DNA of 64,000 nt from Deltaproteobacteria bacterium (GTDB lineage: Bacteria; Desulfobacterota; Binatia; Binatales; Binataceae), in the NCBI GenBank assembly GCA_021799495.1, contig JAJZAI010000002.1, positions 7,157-71,156 on the forward strand. The letters run 5' to 3'. The position numbers and the translations under genes are program-made. Numbering within the stretch: position 1 is the stretch's first letter; every line of letters begins with the position of its first letter. Below are positions 18,273-27,155 of this stretch, piece after piece. Below the pieces are notes generated by a model that made no database searches, was not told the origin of the DNA, and saw nothing but the letters and a program-made list of their open reading frames with translations.

Positions 18273-20093
18273 ATGGCCCGTATTTTTGGCATAGACCTCG
18301 GCACCACCAACAGCCTGATCGCCGTGATTGAAAACGGCGCGCCGCGAGTGATCGCCGATCCGGAAACCGGCCGCACGCTGCTGCCCTCGGTCGTCGCGAT
18401 CACGCCCGGCGGCGGCGTCGCCGTGGGCGACGCCGCGATCGCGCTCGAAGCCAATCCGAAGCGCGCGAGCGTCGTGATTCGTTCGGTCAAGCGCTACATG
18501 GGCCTCGGCGGCGGCGAGCTTGGCCCGGAAGAGCGCCGCCGTTACGAGTTCGCCGATCTTTCCGGACCGGTCGTCCGCTTCAAGGTCGGCGCGCGCACCT
18601 ACGCGCCGCCGCAAATCTCGGCCGAGATTTTGCGCGAGTTGAAGCGCCGCGCCGAAGCCGCGCTCGGCGGCGAGCTGGTCGAGCGGGTGGTCGTCACCGT
18701 GCCCGCCTATTTCAACGACGCTCAGCGCCAGGCCACCAAGGACGCAGGCCGCCTCGCCGGGCTTGAAGTCGTGCGGCTGGTCAACGAACCGACCGCCGCG
18801 TCGCTCGCCTACGGTCTGGAGCAACTGAACGACGGCTACGTCGCGGTTTACGATTTTGGCGGCGGCACATTCGATATCTCCATTCTCAATATCAAGGGCG
18901 GCGTCTTCGAGGTTATCGCGACCAACGGCGACACCCATCTGGGCGGCGACGATCTGGATCAGGCGATCGTGGCGGAACTCCTTGCCGGATTGCCGGAGGC
19001 GGCGCGCGCGGACCGCGAACTGTGGAACCGGGCGCGCGCGGCGGCCGAAGCGGCGAAACATCGGTTGAGCACGGCGGAAAGCGCGCAAATCAGGCTTGAG
19101 ACCGGCGCCGGCGCGCTTGAGCGAACGCTCCGCCGCGCGGATTTCGAGCGGCTCGCCGAGCCGATCGTGGAACGTTCGATCGAATGCTGCCGGCGCGCGC
19201 TGGCGGACGCGAAGCTCGCGCCCGCGGCGATCGACGCGGTGGTGCTGGTCGGCGGTTCGACCCGCTCGCCGATCGTGCGGCGGCGCGTGGCGGAAGTTTT
19301 CGGCCGCGATCCGTTCTGCACGATCGATCCGGACCAGGTGGTCGCGCTGGGCGCCGCCGTGCAGGCGGGCGTGCTGATGGGCGCCCGCAACGATTTGCTG
19401 CTGCTGGACGTGGCGCCCTTGTCGCTCGGAATCGAAACGATGGGCGGCTTGATGGAGCGGCTGATTCATCGCAATTCCACGATTCCGACCAGCGTGACCG
19501 AAAATTTCACCACCGCGGTCGACAACCAGACGCATGTTGACGTCCATGTGTTGCAGGGCGAGCGCGAGCTGGCGCGCGATTGCCGGAGCCTCGCGCGGTT
19601 CAAGCTCGGCCCGATCGAACCGGCGCCGGCCGGCCTGCCGCGTATCGAAGTCACTTTCCTTATCGATGCGAACGGAATACTGAATGTTACAGCGCGCGAT
19701 CAGCGCACCGGCCGCGAGCATTCGGTCGATGTGAAGCCGAGCTACGGGCTGACCGACGAAGAGATCGAGCGGATGCTCGAGGAGTCGATCGATCTCGGCG
19801 ATCAGGATCTCGAGGAGCGGCTGCTGATCGCGGCGCGCAACGACGCCGACCAGATTCTGGCCGCGCTCGCCAAACAATTGGGCGAGTACGGAAATTTGGC
19901 CGGCGCCGAGGAGCGGCGGCGGATGGCGGAAGCGGCGAAGCGCCTTGCGGCGGCGCGTTCCGGAACCGATCGCGAACTGATTTCCCGTCTGGTTGAAGAA
20001 CTCAACGAGGCCTCGACGCCGTTCGCCCATCGCATCATGGACGAGGCGATCGGCGCGGCGCTCAAGCGAAAATCAGTCGATGAAATTTCTTGA
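18273..20093 (+). CDS. hscA: Fe-S chaperone HscA (Hsp70 family)
   Basis: 606 aa with [15 protein letters not shown] and [12 protein letters not shown] (Hsp70 signatures). Confidence 0.93.
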   Translation: MARIFGIDLGTTNSLIAVIENGAPRVIADPETGRTLLPSVVAITPGGGVAVGDAAIALEANPKRASVVIRSVKRYMGLGGGELGPEERRRYEFADLSGPVVRFKVGARTYAPPQISAEILRELKRRAEAALGGELVERVVVTVPAYFNDAQRQATKDAGRLAGLEVVRLVNEPTAASLAYGLEQLNDGYVAVYDFGGGTFDISILNIKGGVFEVIATNGDTHLGGDDLDQAIVAELLAGLPEAARADRELWNRARAAAEAAKHRLSTAESAQIRLETGAGALERTLRRADFERLAEPIVERSIECCRRALADAKLAPAAIDAVVLVGGSTRSPIVRRRVAEVFGRDPFCTIDPDQVVALGAAVQAGVLMGARNDLLLLDVAPLSLGIETMGGLMERLIHRNSTIPTSVTENFTTAVDNQTHVDVHVLQGERELARDCRSLARFKLGPIEPAPAGLPRIEVTFLIDANGILNVTARDQRTGREHSVDVKPSYGLTDEEIERMLEESIDLGDQDLEERLLIAARNDADQILAALAKQLGEYGNLAGAEERRRMAEAAKRLAAARSGTDRELISRLVEELNEASTPFAHRIMDEAIGAALKRKSVDEIS

Positions 20094-20181
20094 CGAAATG
20101 CGGTGTGAAGGGTATATTATTGCGCCTTATCCCGGCGCAACCCCTCCACGCCGCTTCATTTGAAGGAAGGGTTTAGAAGTT

Positions 20182-20397
20182 ATGGGACTCAAATGGGACC
20201 AGGCGGAAGAACTTGCCGAGGTTCTGGCTGAGAATCATCCGGGACTCAACCCGCTGCAGGTGCGTTTCACCGATTTGCGCCAATGGGTGATCGATCTCGA
20301 TGAGTTCGGCGACGATCCGTCGGCCTCCAGCGAGGGCAAGCTCGAAGCGATTCAGATGGCATGGCACGAGCTGTACAAGGAAAATGGCGGAGAGTGA
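20182..20397 (+). CDS. iscX: Fe-S assembly protein IscX (YfhJ)
   Basis: 71 aa. MGLKW..VRFTDLRQWVIDLDEFGDDP closely parallels E. coli IscX as I remember it. Confidence 0.85.
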   Translation: MGLKWDQAEELAEVLAENHPGLNPLQVRFTDLRQWVIDLDEFGDDPSASSEGKLEAIQMAWHELYKENGGE

Positions 20398-20440
20398 ATA
20401 AGGCGGCGGTTGTTTTCGTCTTAAAATTCAAGGTGGAGGG

Positions 20441-21043
20441 GTGGAAGCGATGAGGGCGGAACAGGGAGCGAAGATGCAGGAAAAAGAGACTCTTGACGAG
20501 AGATTGCCGGGTCTGTTCGAACCCGACACCCTCTTGCCGATTCAGTACTTCGAGGCGATGCGCAAAAAGCATCTGCTCGAAGGCGAAAAGCGGCTCGTGT
20601 TGAGCGTGCTGGAGGATGCGGTCGAGTGCTTCATGAAGTGCATCGATTCGCCGACGAGCAAGGGCCAGCGTTTGTTTCGCGACGCCGACGAATGGATTTC
20701 GCTCGAGGACCGGCACTGGGTGTTTTCGTTCGATAATGTTTGCGACATGCTCGATATCAATCCCGAGTATCTGCGGCGCGGCTTGCAGCGCTGGAAAGAG
20801 CGCAAGCTGGCGGCGCTAGAGCGTGCGGCGCAGGCGCGCGCGGAGGCGTCGGCCATGGCTGAAAGCGCAGTTCCGGCAACGACCGTGGAAGCGGTAGCGC
20901 CGGTGATGGCGCAGCCGGCGCCGGTGGCGCCGAAAGTGGCGGCTACGCTGCCTGCGAAGAGCTCGAGCCATCGGCCGGAAAAGCACAAGACCGCCGCGGT
21001 CGCGCGTCCGGCGGCGCGTGGACTGCGCAAGGCGCAAGCCTGA
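20441..21043 (+). CDS. Hypothetical protein (structured N-terminal half, Ala/Pro-rich basic tail)
   Basis: 200-aa ORF 43 nt after iscX. A strong hairpin terminator follows it. No motif was recognised. Confidence 0.5.
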   Translation: MEAMRAEQGAKMQEKETLDERLPGLFEPDTLLPIQYFEAMRKKHLLEGEKRLVLSVLEDAVECFMKCIDSPTSKGQRLFRDADEWISLEDRHWVFSFDNVCDMLDINPEYLRRGLQRWKERKLAALERAAQARAEASAMAESAVPATTVEAVAPVMAQPAPVAPKVAATLPAKSSSHRPEKHKTAAVARPAARGLRKAQA

Positions 21044-21107
21044 AATCGCGGCTGGCGTCTGATTAAAGCTGCGCCGCCCGGACAGAAAAAAATAGCGTTG
21101 TGTGATC

Positions 21108-21135
21108 GAAAGGCGGCCTGTTCGGGCCGCCTTTC
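21108..21135 (+). terminator. Hairpin terminator after the isc-linked hypothetical gene
   Basis: gaaaggcggcc-tgttcg-ggccgcctttc forms an 11-bp stem. Only a weak T-tract follows. Confidence 0.55.
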
Positions 21136-21425
21136 ACGTTTGGCGGGAACTCGTTCGCGCTGAGTTTCGATGCGCTGGTCAGCGCGGCGGCCAGACGATT
21201 TGCGTCGTGTCCTGTTCCATTACGTCGTCCACGATCGCGCAAAATTTACATATCTATCGGCGCACAATCGCGCCCGAAGTTAAAAATCCAGTAAACTCGA
21301 GCGTTTTGGTTGATTCTAAAACCGGCATGCTTGATGCTGCCGCTAGGTGTCAGAGAACGCAGACCTGAAGTCGAAGTAAACGATTAAGGCTCAGGGTGCG
21401 TTGAACGGACAGGAGGTGTCCGGCG

Positions 21426-21860
21426 ATGCGCGGCAAACAAAAGATAATCGTGGCGGCGATACTCTCGATGGTTGTGGCCGTCGCGATCGCTGTCATGCCG
21501 ACCAGAGCGTCGGCGCAAGATTGGCATAATGGATGGGGCGAGCACGACGACGGATGGCGCGGCGGCCCAGGATGGCATGGCGGCGGTCCGCCGCCGTGGA
21601 GTCACGGGCGTGCCTGGGGCGGCGGTCCGGGCTGGCAGAACAATCAATGGGGTGACGATCGTGGCGGCGATGACGAAAACAGGAACGGCTACGGCAACGG
21701 GTACGGATGGAACAACGGCCCGTATGAAAACGCTCCGTACAATTACGGCGCTTACAACGGCAACTACGGCAACGGCTACAACCCGTACTTCGGCCAAAGC
21801 CCGGCAATGAATGCGATTGGATCGCTCGCGGGTCCGTTGCTCGGCCTGCCGATACCGTAA
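21426..21860 (+). CDS. Secreted Gly/Trp/Asn/Tyr-rich low-complexity protein (paralog 1)
   Basis: An AGGAGG SD lies at 21409..21414. The signal peptide is MRGKQKIIVAAILSMVVAVAIAVMPTRASA. The mature part carries 9 Trp and repeated GGPGW / GWGEHDDGW / NGYGNGY units. Confidence 0.7.
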   Translation: MRGKQKIIVAAILSMVVAVAIAVMPTRASAQDWHNGWGEHDDGWRGGPGWHGGGPPPWSHGRAWGGGPGWQNNQWGDDRGGDDENRNGYGNGYGWNNGPYENAPYNYGAYNGNYGNGYNPYFGQSPAMNAIGSLAGPLLGLPIP

Positions 21861-21925
21861 CGACGCCCGGCGCCGAGCATGGCGATCTGGCCGCTCAAAG
21901 CGCAAGAACAGGTTGAGTCATCATG

Positions 21926-21955
21926 GAGCGCCCCGCCAGCAATGGCGGGGCGCTC
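21926..21955 (+). terminator. Hairpin terminator after paralog 1
   Basis: gagcgccccgcc-agcaat-ggcggggcgctc forms a 12-bp perfect stem. Confidence 0.5.
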
Positions 21956-22111
21956 ACGCGATCGGTCGAACTTGATCGGCAATTTCGGTGTGCGAATCGG
22001 GTGGAGCGTGCGCGCGAAAACATCGATCAGACAGCGAGAACGAGCCTCTTGGCTGAAACGCCAGCTTGAAATCGACGTATTAATAGATGAGAGACATTGA
22101 GGGGAGTGAGC

Positions 22112-22510
22112 ATGAAATTATCGAGATTCATTTCGCGTAAGTCCGTGGTCGCAGCATTATTTTCCGTGATTCTGGCCGCCGGGATGACGGCCGCGCCGGC
22201 CAGCGCCTTTGCGCATGGCTGGGGGCATGGCGGATGGCATCACGGCTGGCATGGCGGACGCTGGGGCCACGGACGATGGGGAAATCGATGGCGCGGCGGG
22301 CGCGGCCGGTGGGGCTACGGACCGGGCGCCTATGGGCCTGCCGGCTACGGCCCGTGGGGATATGGCGGCGGATGGGATCGCGAAGGCGACGATCGTGGCG
22401 GCCCCGGCTGGTATGGCGGCGGATGGGGCGAGCATGAAGATGAAGGATGGGGCGGCGGTCCGGGATGGTTCGGCGGCCGCGGATGGGGTGGCGGCGGCGA
22501 CGATGATTGA
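22112..22510 (+). CDS. Secreted Gly/Trp/His-rich low-complexity protein (paralog 2)
   Basis: The ATG at 22112 follows GAGGGGAG; track ORF 22097..22510 uses an upstream TTG. The signal peptide is MKLSRFISRKSVVAALFSVILAAGMTAAPASAFA. The mature part carries about 14 Trp and HGWGHGGWHHGWHGG, and shares GWGEHEDEGWGGGPGW with paralog 1. Confidence 0.7.
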   Translation: MKLSRFISRKSVVAALFSVILAAGMTAAPASAFAHGWGHGGWHHGWHGGRWGHGRWGNRWRGGRGRWGYGPGAYGPAGYGPWGYGGGWDREGDDRGGPGWYGGGWGEHEDEGWGGGPGWFGGRGWGGGGDDD

Positions 22511-22562
22511 AATCGGTTCGGCGGCGTCCGCGGCATAGAGGCGAGAAAATCGCCGGGATAAC

Positions 22563-22599
22563 GAGCGTCCCGCCATGGCGGCGGGACGCTCTGCGTTTT
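22563..22599 (+). terminator. Hairpin terminator after paralog 2 (convergent with the LLM gene)
   Basis: gagcgtcccgcc-atggc-ggcgggacgctc followed by tgcgtTTTT. The stem sequence is nearly identical to the terminator after paralog 1. Confidence 0.6.
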
Positions 22600-22623
22600 G
22601 AGTTTATGGAATGAGCGTCAGGA

Positions 22624-23640
22624 TCAGGCGCTGGCCGGCCAGCTTGCCGCGAGGTTATCGATCGCGGCGAGGATGCGTTTGCGTTTTTCCGTCGGGTCTT
22701 TCGCGTAAGACGTGAATTGCAGCGCCGCCGCGGTGATTCCGGATCGCTCGTAATCGCGCAGCCGGCGCGCGATCTTAGCGGGCGAGCCGAGTACGTAAAT
22801 CGCCTCGACCATGTGGTCGGGAATCGTCGTCAGGGCTTTTTTCCGGTCGCCGGCGAGCCATGCGTCGAGCGCGGCGCGCGCCTCGGCTTCATAGCCGATT
22901 TCACGGAAGAATTTGTTGTACTGCGGCACCGTGACGTAAGCGGTCAGCTCGCGGCGCAGTTGCTCGCGCACGGCCTCTTCCTCGGCGTCGATCGCGACCA
23001 TTATCCGGCATGCGATGTCGATGTTGTCGGTCGTTCGGCCGGCGGCCCGCGCCCCTTCGTAAATATGCTCGCGCATCGGGCCAAAGGTTTCCGGCGTGAT
23101 GTAGTTGACGATGGCGCCGTCGCCGATTTCGCCCGCCGTCCGCAGCATCAGGGCGCCCTGCGCGCCGATATAGATCGGCGGCGGCGGATCGCTCGCCGCG
23201 CCGAGTCGGAAGCCGTTGATCTGCACGGTCTTGCCGGCGACCGACACTTTTTCTCCGGTGAAGCATCGCCGCAGCGCGTCAACCGTCTCCTTGAGCCGGG
23301 TGATCGGCATCTTGTACGGCACGCCCATCCATTGCTCGACGATCGTCGGAGTCGAGATGCCGAGACCGAGGATGAATCGCCCACCCGAAAGCCGCTGCAA
23401 GGAAGCGGCGGAAAGCGCGATCAGCGCGGCCGGCCGGGTGAAGACCGGCACGATCGCGGTTCCGAGCCGCATCCGCTCGCTCACCATCGCGGCCGCGGCG
23501 ATCGGAGTAATCGCGTCGCCCGCGAAAGTTTCGTACGACCACGCGTCTTCATAGCCGGCGCGCTCGGCATGGCGCACAAGTTCGGCGAAGTGCTGGTTCT
23601 GAAAGCCTTCGAGCGGAATCGTTATTCCAAGTCGCATCAT
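22624..23640 (-). CDS. LLM-class (luciferase-like, probably F420/flavin-dependent) oxidoreductase
   Basis: The real start is ATGATG at 23640 (MMRLGITIPLEG...). The 338-aa TIM-barrel LLM-like sequence includes GRFILGLGIS. The upstream 279 codons of track ORF 22624..24477 are an Arg-rich artefact overlapping the neighbouring gene. Confidence 0.78.
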   Translation of the reverse strand: MMRLGITIPLEGFQNQHFAELVRHAERAGYEDAWSYETFAGDAITPIAAAAMVSERMRLGTAIVPVFTRPAALIALSAASLQRLSGGRFILGLGISTPTIVEQWMGVPYKMPITRLKETVDALRRCFTGEKVSVAGKTVQINGFRLGAASDPPPPIYIGAQGALMLRTAGEIGDGAIVNYITPETFGPMREHIYEGARAAGRTTDNIDIACRIMVAIDAEEEAVREQLRRELTAYVTVPQYNKFFREIGYEAEARAALDAWLAGDRKKALTTIPDHMVEAIYVLGSPAKIARRLRDYERSGITAAALQFTSYAKDPTEKRKRILAAIDNLAASWPASA

Positions 23641-23720
23641 GGGCGGACACTCTCTTTTCAAGCGGATGAGGAGAAATCTATATCGGGCGCGCCGCGCGAG
23701 CGCAAAGCCGCGCCGGAGCG

Positions 23721-26588
23721 CTATCGCTCCCGCGGCTTCGCGTTGAGCGCCTCCGCCAGATGGAGCGGCTCGCGGCCGGGGCAAAACTGGCGGATTTGCG
23801 CGCGGCAGGCGAAACCGTCGGCGATGACGATCGCGTCTTCCGGCGCTTGACGGATGGCGGGAAGCAGCACACGCTCGCCGATTTTGCGCGAGATCGCGAA
23901 GCGGGCCTCGCCATAGCCGAAAGCGCCGGCCATCCCGCAGCATCCCGCGTCCGGCGCGCTGACTTCGAGGCCGGGCGCCTTGCGCAGCAGCGCGAGTTCC
24001 GTATCGAGTCCCGCGAGCGCCTGGCGATGGCAATGGCCCTGCACGATCGCGCGGCCGGCCGGCGCGGTCGGCACGAAGCCGGGCGCCTCGCGCATCAGGA
24101 ACTCGTCCAAAGTCATCGCCGCTTCCGCGACCGCGCGCGCCGCGCTCAGGCGCGGAAAAAGCGCGGGGGCCTCGTCCCGAAAAGTAAAAATGCAGCTTGG
24201 TTCGAGGCCGACTATTTTGACGCCGCCCGCCGCCAGCGGCGCCAGCCTGTTGATTGAATCGAGCATCCTGTGGCGGGCGAGATCGAGCCGGCCTTGATCG
24301 TAAAGCGGGCGTCCGCAGCAGACGTCGCCGCGCGGCAGCGTGACGCGGAAGCCCGCGCGCTCCAGAACCTCGGTCGCCGCGATCGCCACGCGCGGCTCGA
24401 AAAAATTGTTGAACGTATCCGGAAACAGCACGACCGCCGGCGCGTCCGGATTGACCGCGCGGCGCCGCGCGAACCATCGGCGGAAACTCGCCGGCGCGAG
24501 CCGCGGCAGCGCGCGGTCCGGATGGACGCCGAGGAGGGTTTTGGCGATTGAACCCGCCCCGCCGGAGAGCATCGCGTTGTAAAGCCGCGGCGCGACGGCG
24601 CCGATCCGCGCGAGGTCGTGAATCCGCCCGAAGATCCGCGCGGCGAGCGGCGGGCGATGCGTGCGATAGTAGTTAGCCATGAACTCGGCCTTGTACTTCG
24701 ACATATCGACCGACGCCGGGCATTCGGTTTTGCAGGCCTTGCAGGAGAGGCACAATTCGAGCGATTCGTAGAGCGCGTCGTCGGCGAAGCCGCCGGGCAG
24801 CACGCCGCCGGCGAGAGCGTCGAAGAGCAGCCGCGCGCGGCCGCGCGTCGAGTACGCCTCGTCGCGCGTCGCCATGTATGACGGACACATCGCGCCGGCG
24901 TCGGTCTTGCGGCATTTTCCAATCCCGACGCATTTGAGCGCGGCGCCCGCGAGCCCGCCCTCCGGCGAAAAATCGAAATAGGTGTTCACCGCGCGCGGCG
25001 CGTATCGCGGCCCGAGGCGCAGGTGCGAGTCGAGCGGATCGGGATCGACGATCACGCCGGGATTCATGCGATGGTCCGGGTCGAAGATGCGCTTGAAGTC
25101 GCGGAACGCGCCGATCAGCTCCGCGCCGTACATTTTGGGCAGCAACTCCGAGCGCGCCAGGCCGTCGCCGTGCTCGCCGGAGAGCGAACCGCCGAATTCC
25201 ACGACCAAATCGCCGATTTCCTCCATCGCCGCGCGAAACGTCGCGATACCCGCGCGCGTCGCCAGGTCGAAGTTGATCCGGCAATGGACGCATCCTTCGC
25301 CGAAGTGGCCGTAATAGGTGGCGGCGGTGAGCCCATGACCGTTGAGCAGCTTGACGAAGCGGCGCAGAAAATCGCCGAGCCGCGCCGGCGGCACGGCGCA
25401 ATCCTCGGCGCCCGGCCAGGTGCGCGGACGGCCGGGAACATAGGCGCCCGCGCCCAGCCCCGATTCGCGCAAGCGCCAGACCGCCAGTTGATCGGCGCGA
25501 TCGAACAGCGCCGCGACTCCCGTGCAGGCGCCAGTTTTGCGCGCCTCGGCGATCAGCGCATCGACGCGGACGCGCAGTTCGTCGTCGCATTCGGCGCCAA
25601 TCTCGACGAGCAGAAAGGCGCGGCCTTCGGGCAGAAGACGCACCGCGGCGACGCCCTTCGCCCGCGCGATATCCGGCAGATGATGATCGAAACCTTCGAG
25701 CGCCTGCGGCCGATGCGCGAGCATCCACGCCATCTGATCGGCCGCCAGATAAACGTCGGCGAAGCCGAGCGTCACCAGCGCAAGACGGCGCGGAATCGGC
25801 ACGAGCCGCACGACGGCCTGATGGAAAATCGCGAGCGTGCCTTCGGAGCCGACGGCCGCGCTGGCGAGATTGAAGCCGCGTTCGGGCAGCAGGTCGTCGA
25901 GGTTGTAGCCGGAGACCCGGCGCGGAATTTTCGGATAGCCGGCGCGAATCGCGTTGGCGTGGCGATCGGCGAGCGCGCGCAACGAATTGAAAATTCCGCC
26001 GGCGCGACCCCCGCTGGCAATCGCGGCGGCGATATCGCTCGCGCTCGCCGCGGCGCCGAGGCTCAGTTCCGTGCCGTCGTAGAGCATCGTTTCGAGCGCA
26101 ACGACGTTGTCGGCGGTTTTGCCGTGCGCGGCGGAATGGGCGCCGCAGGAGTTGTTGCCGATCATCCCGCCGATCGTGCAGCGGTCTTTGGTTGACGGAT
26201 CGGGCGCGAAGAACAGTCCGTGGCGTTCGGCGGCGGCGTTCAGATGCGACTGGACGACGCCGGGTTCGACGACCGCGACGCGGCGATCGGGGTCGATCGA
26301 GCGGATTTCCGTCATGTAGCGCGAAAAATCGATCATCAACGCGGTGTTGGCGCCCTGGCCGGCCAGCGACGTGCCGCCGCCGCGCGGCACGACCGGCAGA
26401 TCGTTCTCTCTCGCGATTTTAAGCGTCGCGGCGACGTCGGCGGCGCCGCGCGGAGCGATTACGCCGATCGGATCGCGCCGGTAGTTCGAGGCGTCGGTCG
26501 AGAAGATAACGCGCGCGGCCGCGTCGAAACGCACGTCGCCCCTGATCGTCCGCGCCAGTTCATCGCGGATTGCGGATTTCGATGCCAT
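23721..26588 (-). CDS. FAD-linked oxidase fused to Fe-S/CCG domains (YdiJ / GlcD-GlcF-fusion type)
   Basis: 955 aa with an N-terminal FAD-binding PCMH-type domain (VVPRGGGTSLAGQ), a ferredoxin-like cluster motif (CLSCKACKTECP) and a C-terminal Cys-rich (CCG-like) region. Confidence 0.85.
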   Translation of the reverse strand: MASKSAIRDELARTIRGDVRFDAAARVIFSTDASNYRRDPIGVIAPRGAADVAATLKIARENDLPVVPRGGGTSLAGQGANTALMIDFSRYMTEIRSIDPDRRVAVVEPGVVQSHLNAAAERHGLFFAPDPSTKDRCTIGGMIGNNSCGAHSAAHGKTADNVVALETMLYDGTELSLGAAASASDIAAAIASGGRAGGIFNSLRALADRHANAIRAGYPKIPRRVSGYNLDDLLPERGFNLASAAVGSEGTLAIFHQAVVRLVPIPRRLALVTLGFADVYLAADQMAWMLAHRPQALEGFDHHLPDIARAKGVAAVRLLPEGRAFLLVEIGAECDDELRVRVDALIAEARKTGACTGVAALFDRADQLAVWRLRESGLGAGAYVPGRPRTWPGAEDCAVPPARLGDFLRRFVKLLNGHGLTAATYYGHFGEGCVHCRINFDLATRAGIATFRAAMEEIGDLVVEFGGSLSGEHGDGLARSELLPKMYGAELIGAFRDFKRIFDPDHRMNPGVIVDPDPLDSHLRLGPRYAPRAVNTYFDFSPEGGLAGAALKCVGIGKCRKTDAGAMCPSYMATRDEAYSTRGRARLLFDALAGGVLPGGFADDALYESLELCLSCKACKTECPASVDMSKYKAEFMANYYRTHRPPLAARIFGRIHDLARIGAVAPRLYNAMLSGGAGSIAKTLLGVHPDRALPRLAPASFRRWFARRRAVNPDAPAVVLFPDTFNNFFEPRVAIAATEVLERAGFRVTLPRGDVCCGRPLYDQGRLDLARHRMLDSINRLAPLAAGGVKIVGLEPSCIFTFRDEAPALFPRLSAARAVAEAAMTLDEFLMREAPGFVPTAPAGRAIVQGHCHRQALAGLDTELALLRKAPGLEVSAPDAGCCGMAGAFGYGEARFAISRKIGERVLLPAIRQAPEDAIVIADGFACRAQIRQFCPGREPLHLAEALNAKPRER

Positions 26589-26641
26589 CGCCGCGAATCA
26601 TTCTAACCGATCGTGAGGCGCGGCTATCAAGCGCGGCGCGC

Positions 26642-27052
26642 TCAGGGAAAATGCCGCTCGATATAGCCGAGCGCGCTTTCCAGGTCCGGCAGAATCTTGG
26701 TGCAGAACCGCGCCATCCACGGCGAGCATTCTTGGAAACTGAAAGGACTGAATGCGATCACGAACTTGCCCAGGTCGTGGCTCGCATAAAACACTTCCAT
26801 CGCGGTGCCCAGCGACGGCTTGCAGTAATTCACCAGCAGCAGATCCGCGTCGCGCACGTCCTGCAGATCGAACTCGACGATTTCGTTGGCCGAATCGATT
26901 TCGCGATCGCGGAAATTCCGGCGCAGCGGATCGAGCAGGATGAAGCGGCCGGCCAGGCGCTCCTTGGCCCGCGTGCGCCAATCCTTGGCCGCGTCCGCTT
27001 CGGCGTCCATAATCGGGCCGCAGAGATAGATGGTGCGGATCGAGTTCGCCAT
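26642..27052 (-). CDS. Nucleoside 2-deoxyribosyltransferase-like protein
   Basis: The ATG at 27052 (MANSIRTIYLCGPI...) lies within track ORF 26642..27292. YLCGP and SLGTAMEVFYA resemble the NDT-family YLAGP / GTAFEIGYA motifs (from memory). Confidence 0.55.
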   Translation of the reverse strand: MANSIRTIYLCGPIMDAEADAAKDWRTRAKERLAGRFILLDPLRRNFRDREIDSANEIVEFDLQDVRDADLLLVNYCKPSLGTAMEVFYASHDLGKFVIAFSPFSFQECSPWMARFCTKILPDLESALGYIERHFP

Positions 27053-27155
27053 GACCGCGCACGATAGCATACGCGCGTTCCGGCCGCGGAGAATTGCGTG
27101 CGTTTGAATCCCGCGATGCGCTATTGTGCGGGCTTTGCGTGACGGAGGTTTTACG

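Noticed and set aside
18117-20030. 637-aa ORF antisense to hscA. Similar very long antisense ORFs occur at 26598..29108, 42293..44197, 38285..40036, 4790..6010, 6602..8035, 29180..30562, 53839..55329 and 49447..50796.
   Set aside because: These are Arg/Ala/Gly/Pro-rich with no motifs. Each lies exactly opposite a gene with unmistakable family signatures and shares its third-codon (G/C-rich) positions. This is the classic shadow-ORF artefact of high-GC genomes.
21321-21340. Sigma54-like -24/-12 element (ccGGCATgcttgaTGCTg) upstream of the first Gly/Trp-rich gene.
   Set aside because: The GG-N10-GC spacing fits, but it has three mismatches to TGGCAC-N5-TTGCW, and no enhancer-binding protein or equivalent site lies upstream of the paralog. 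It is kept only as a weak possibility.
21102-21368. 88-aa ORF between the isc-linked gene and the first Gly/Trp-rich gene.
   Set aside because: It starts inside the terminator hairpin, has low GC and an odd composition, and has no SD.
23641-24477. N-terminal 279 codons of track ORF 22624..24477 (apparent 617-aa protein).
   Set aside because: The extension is an Arg-rich translation that overlaps the 3' end of the FAD/Fe-S oxidase gene on the same strand. The LLM domain begins cleanly at MMRLGITIP (23640).
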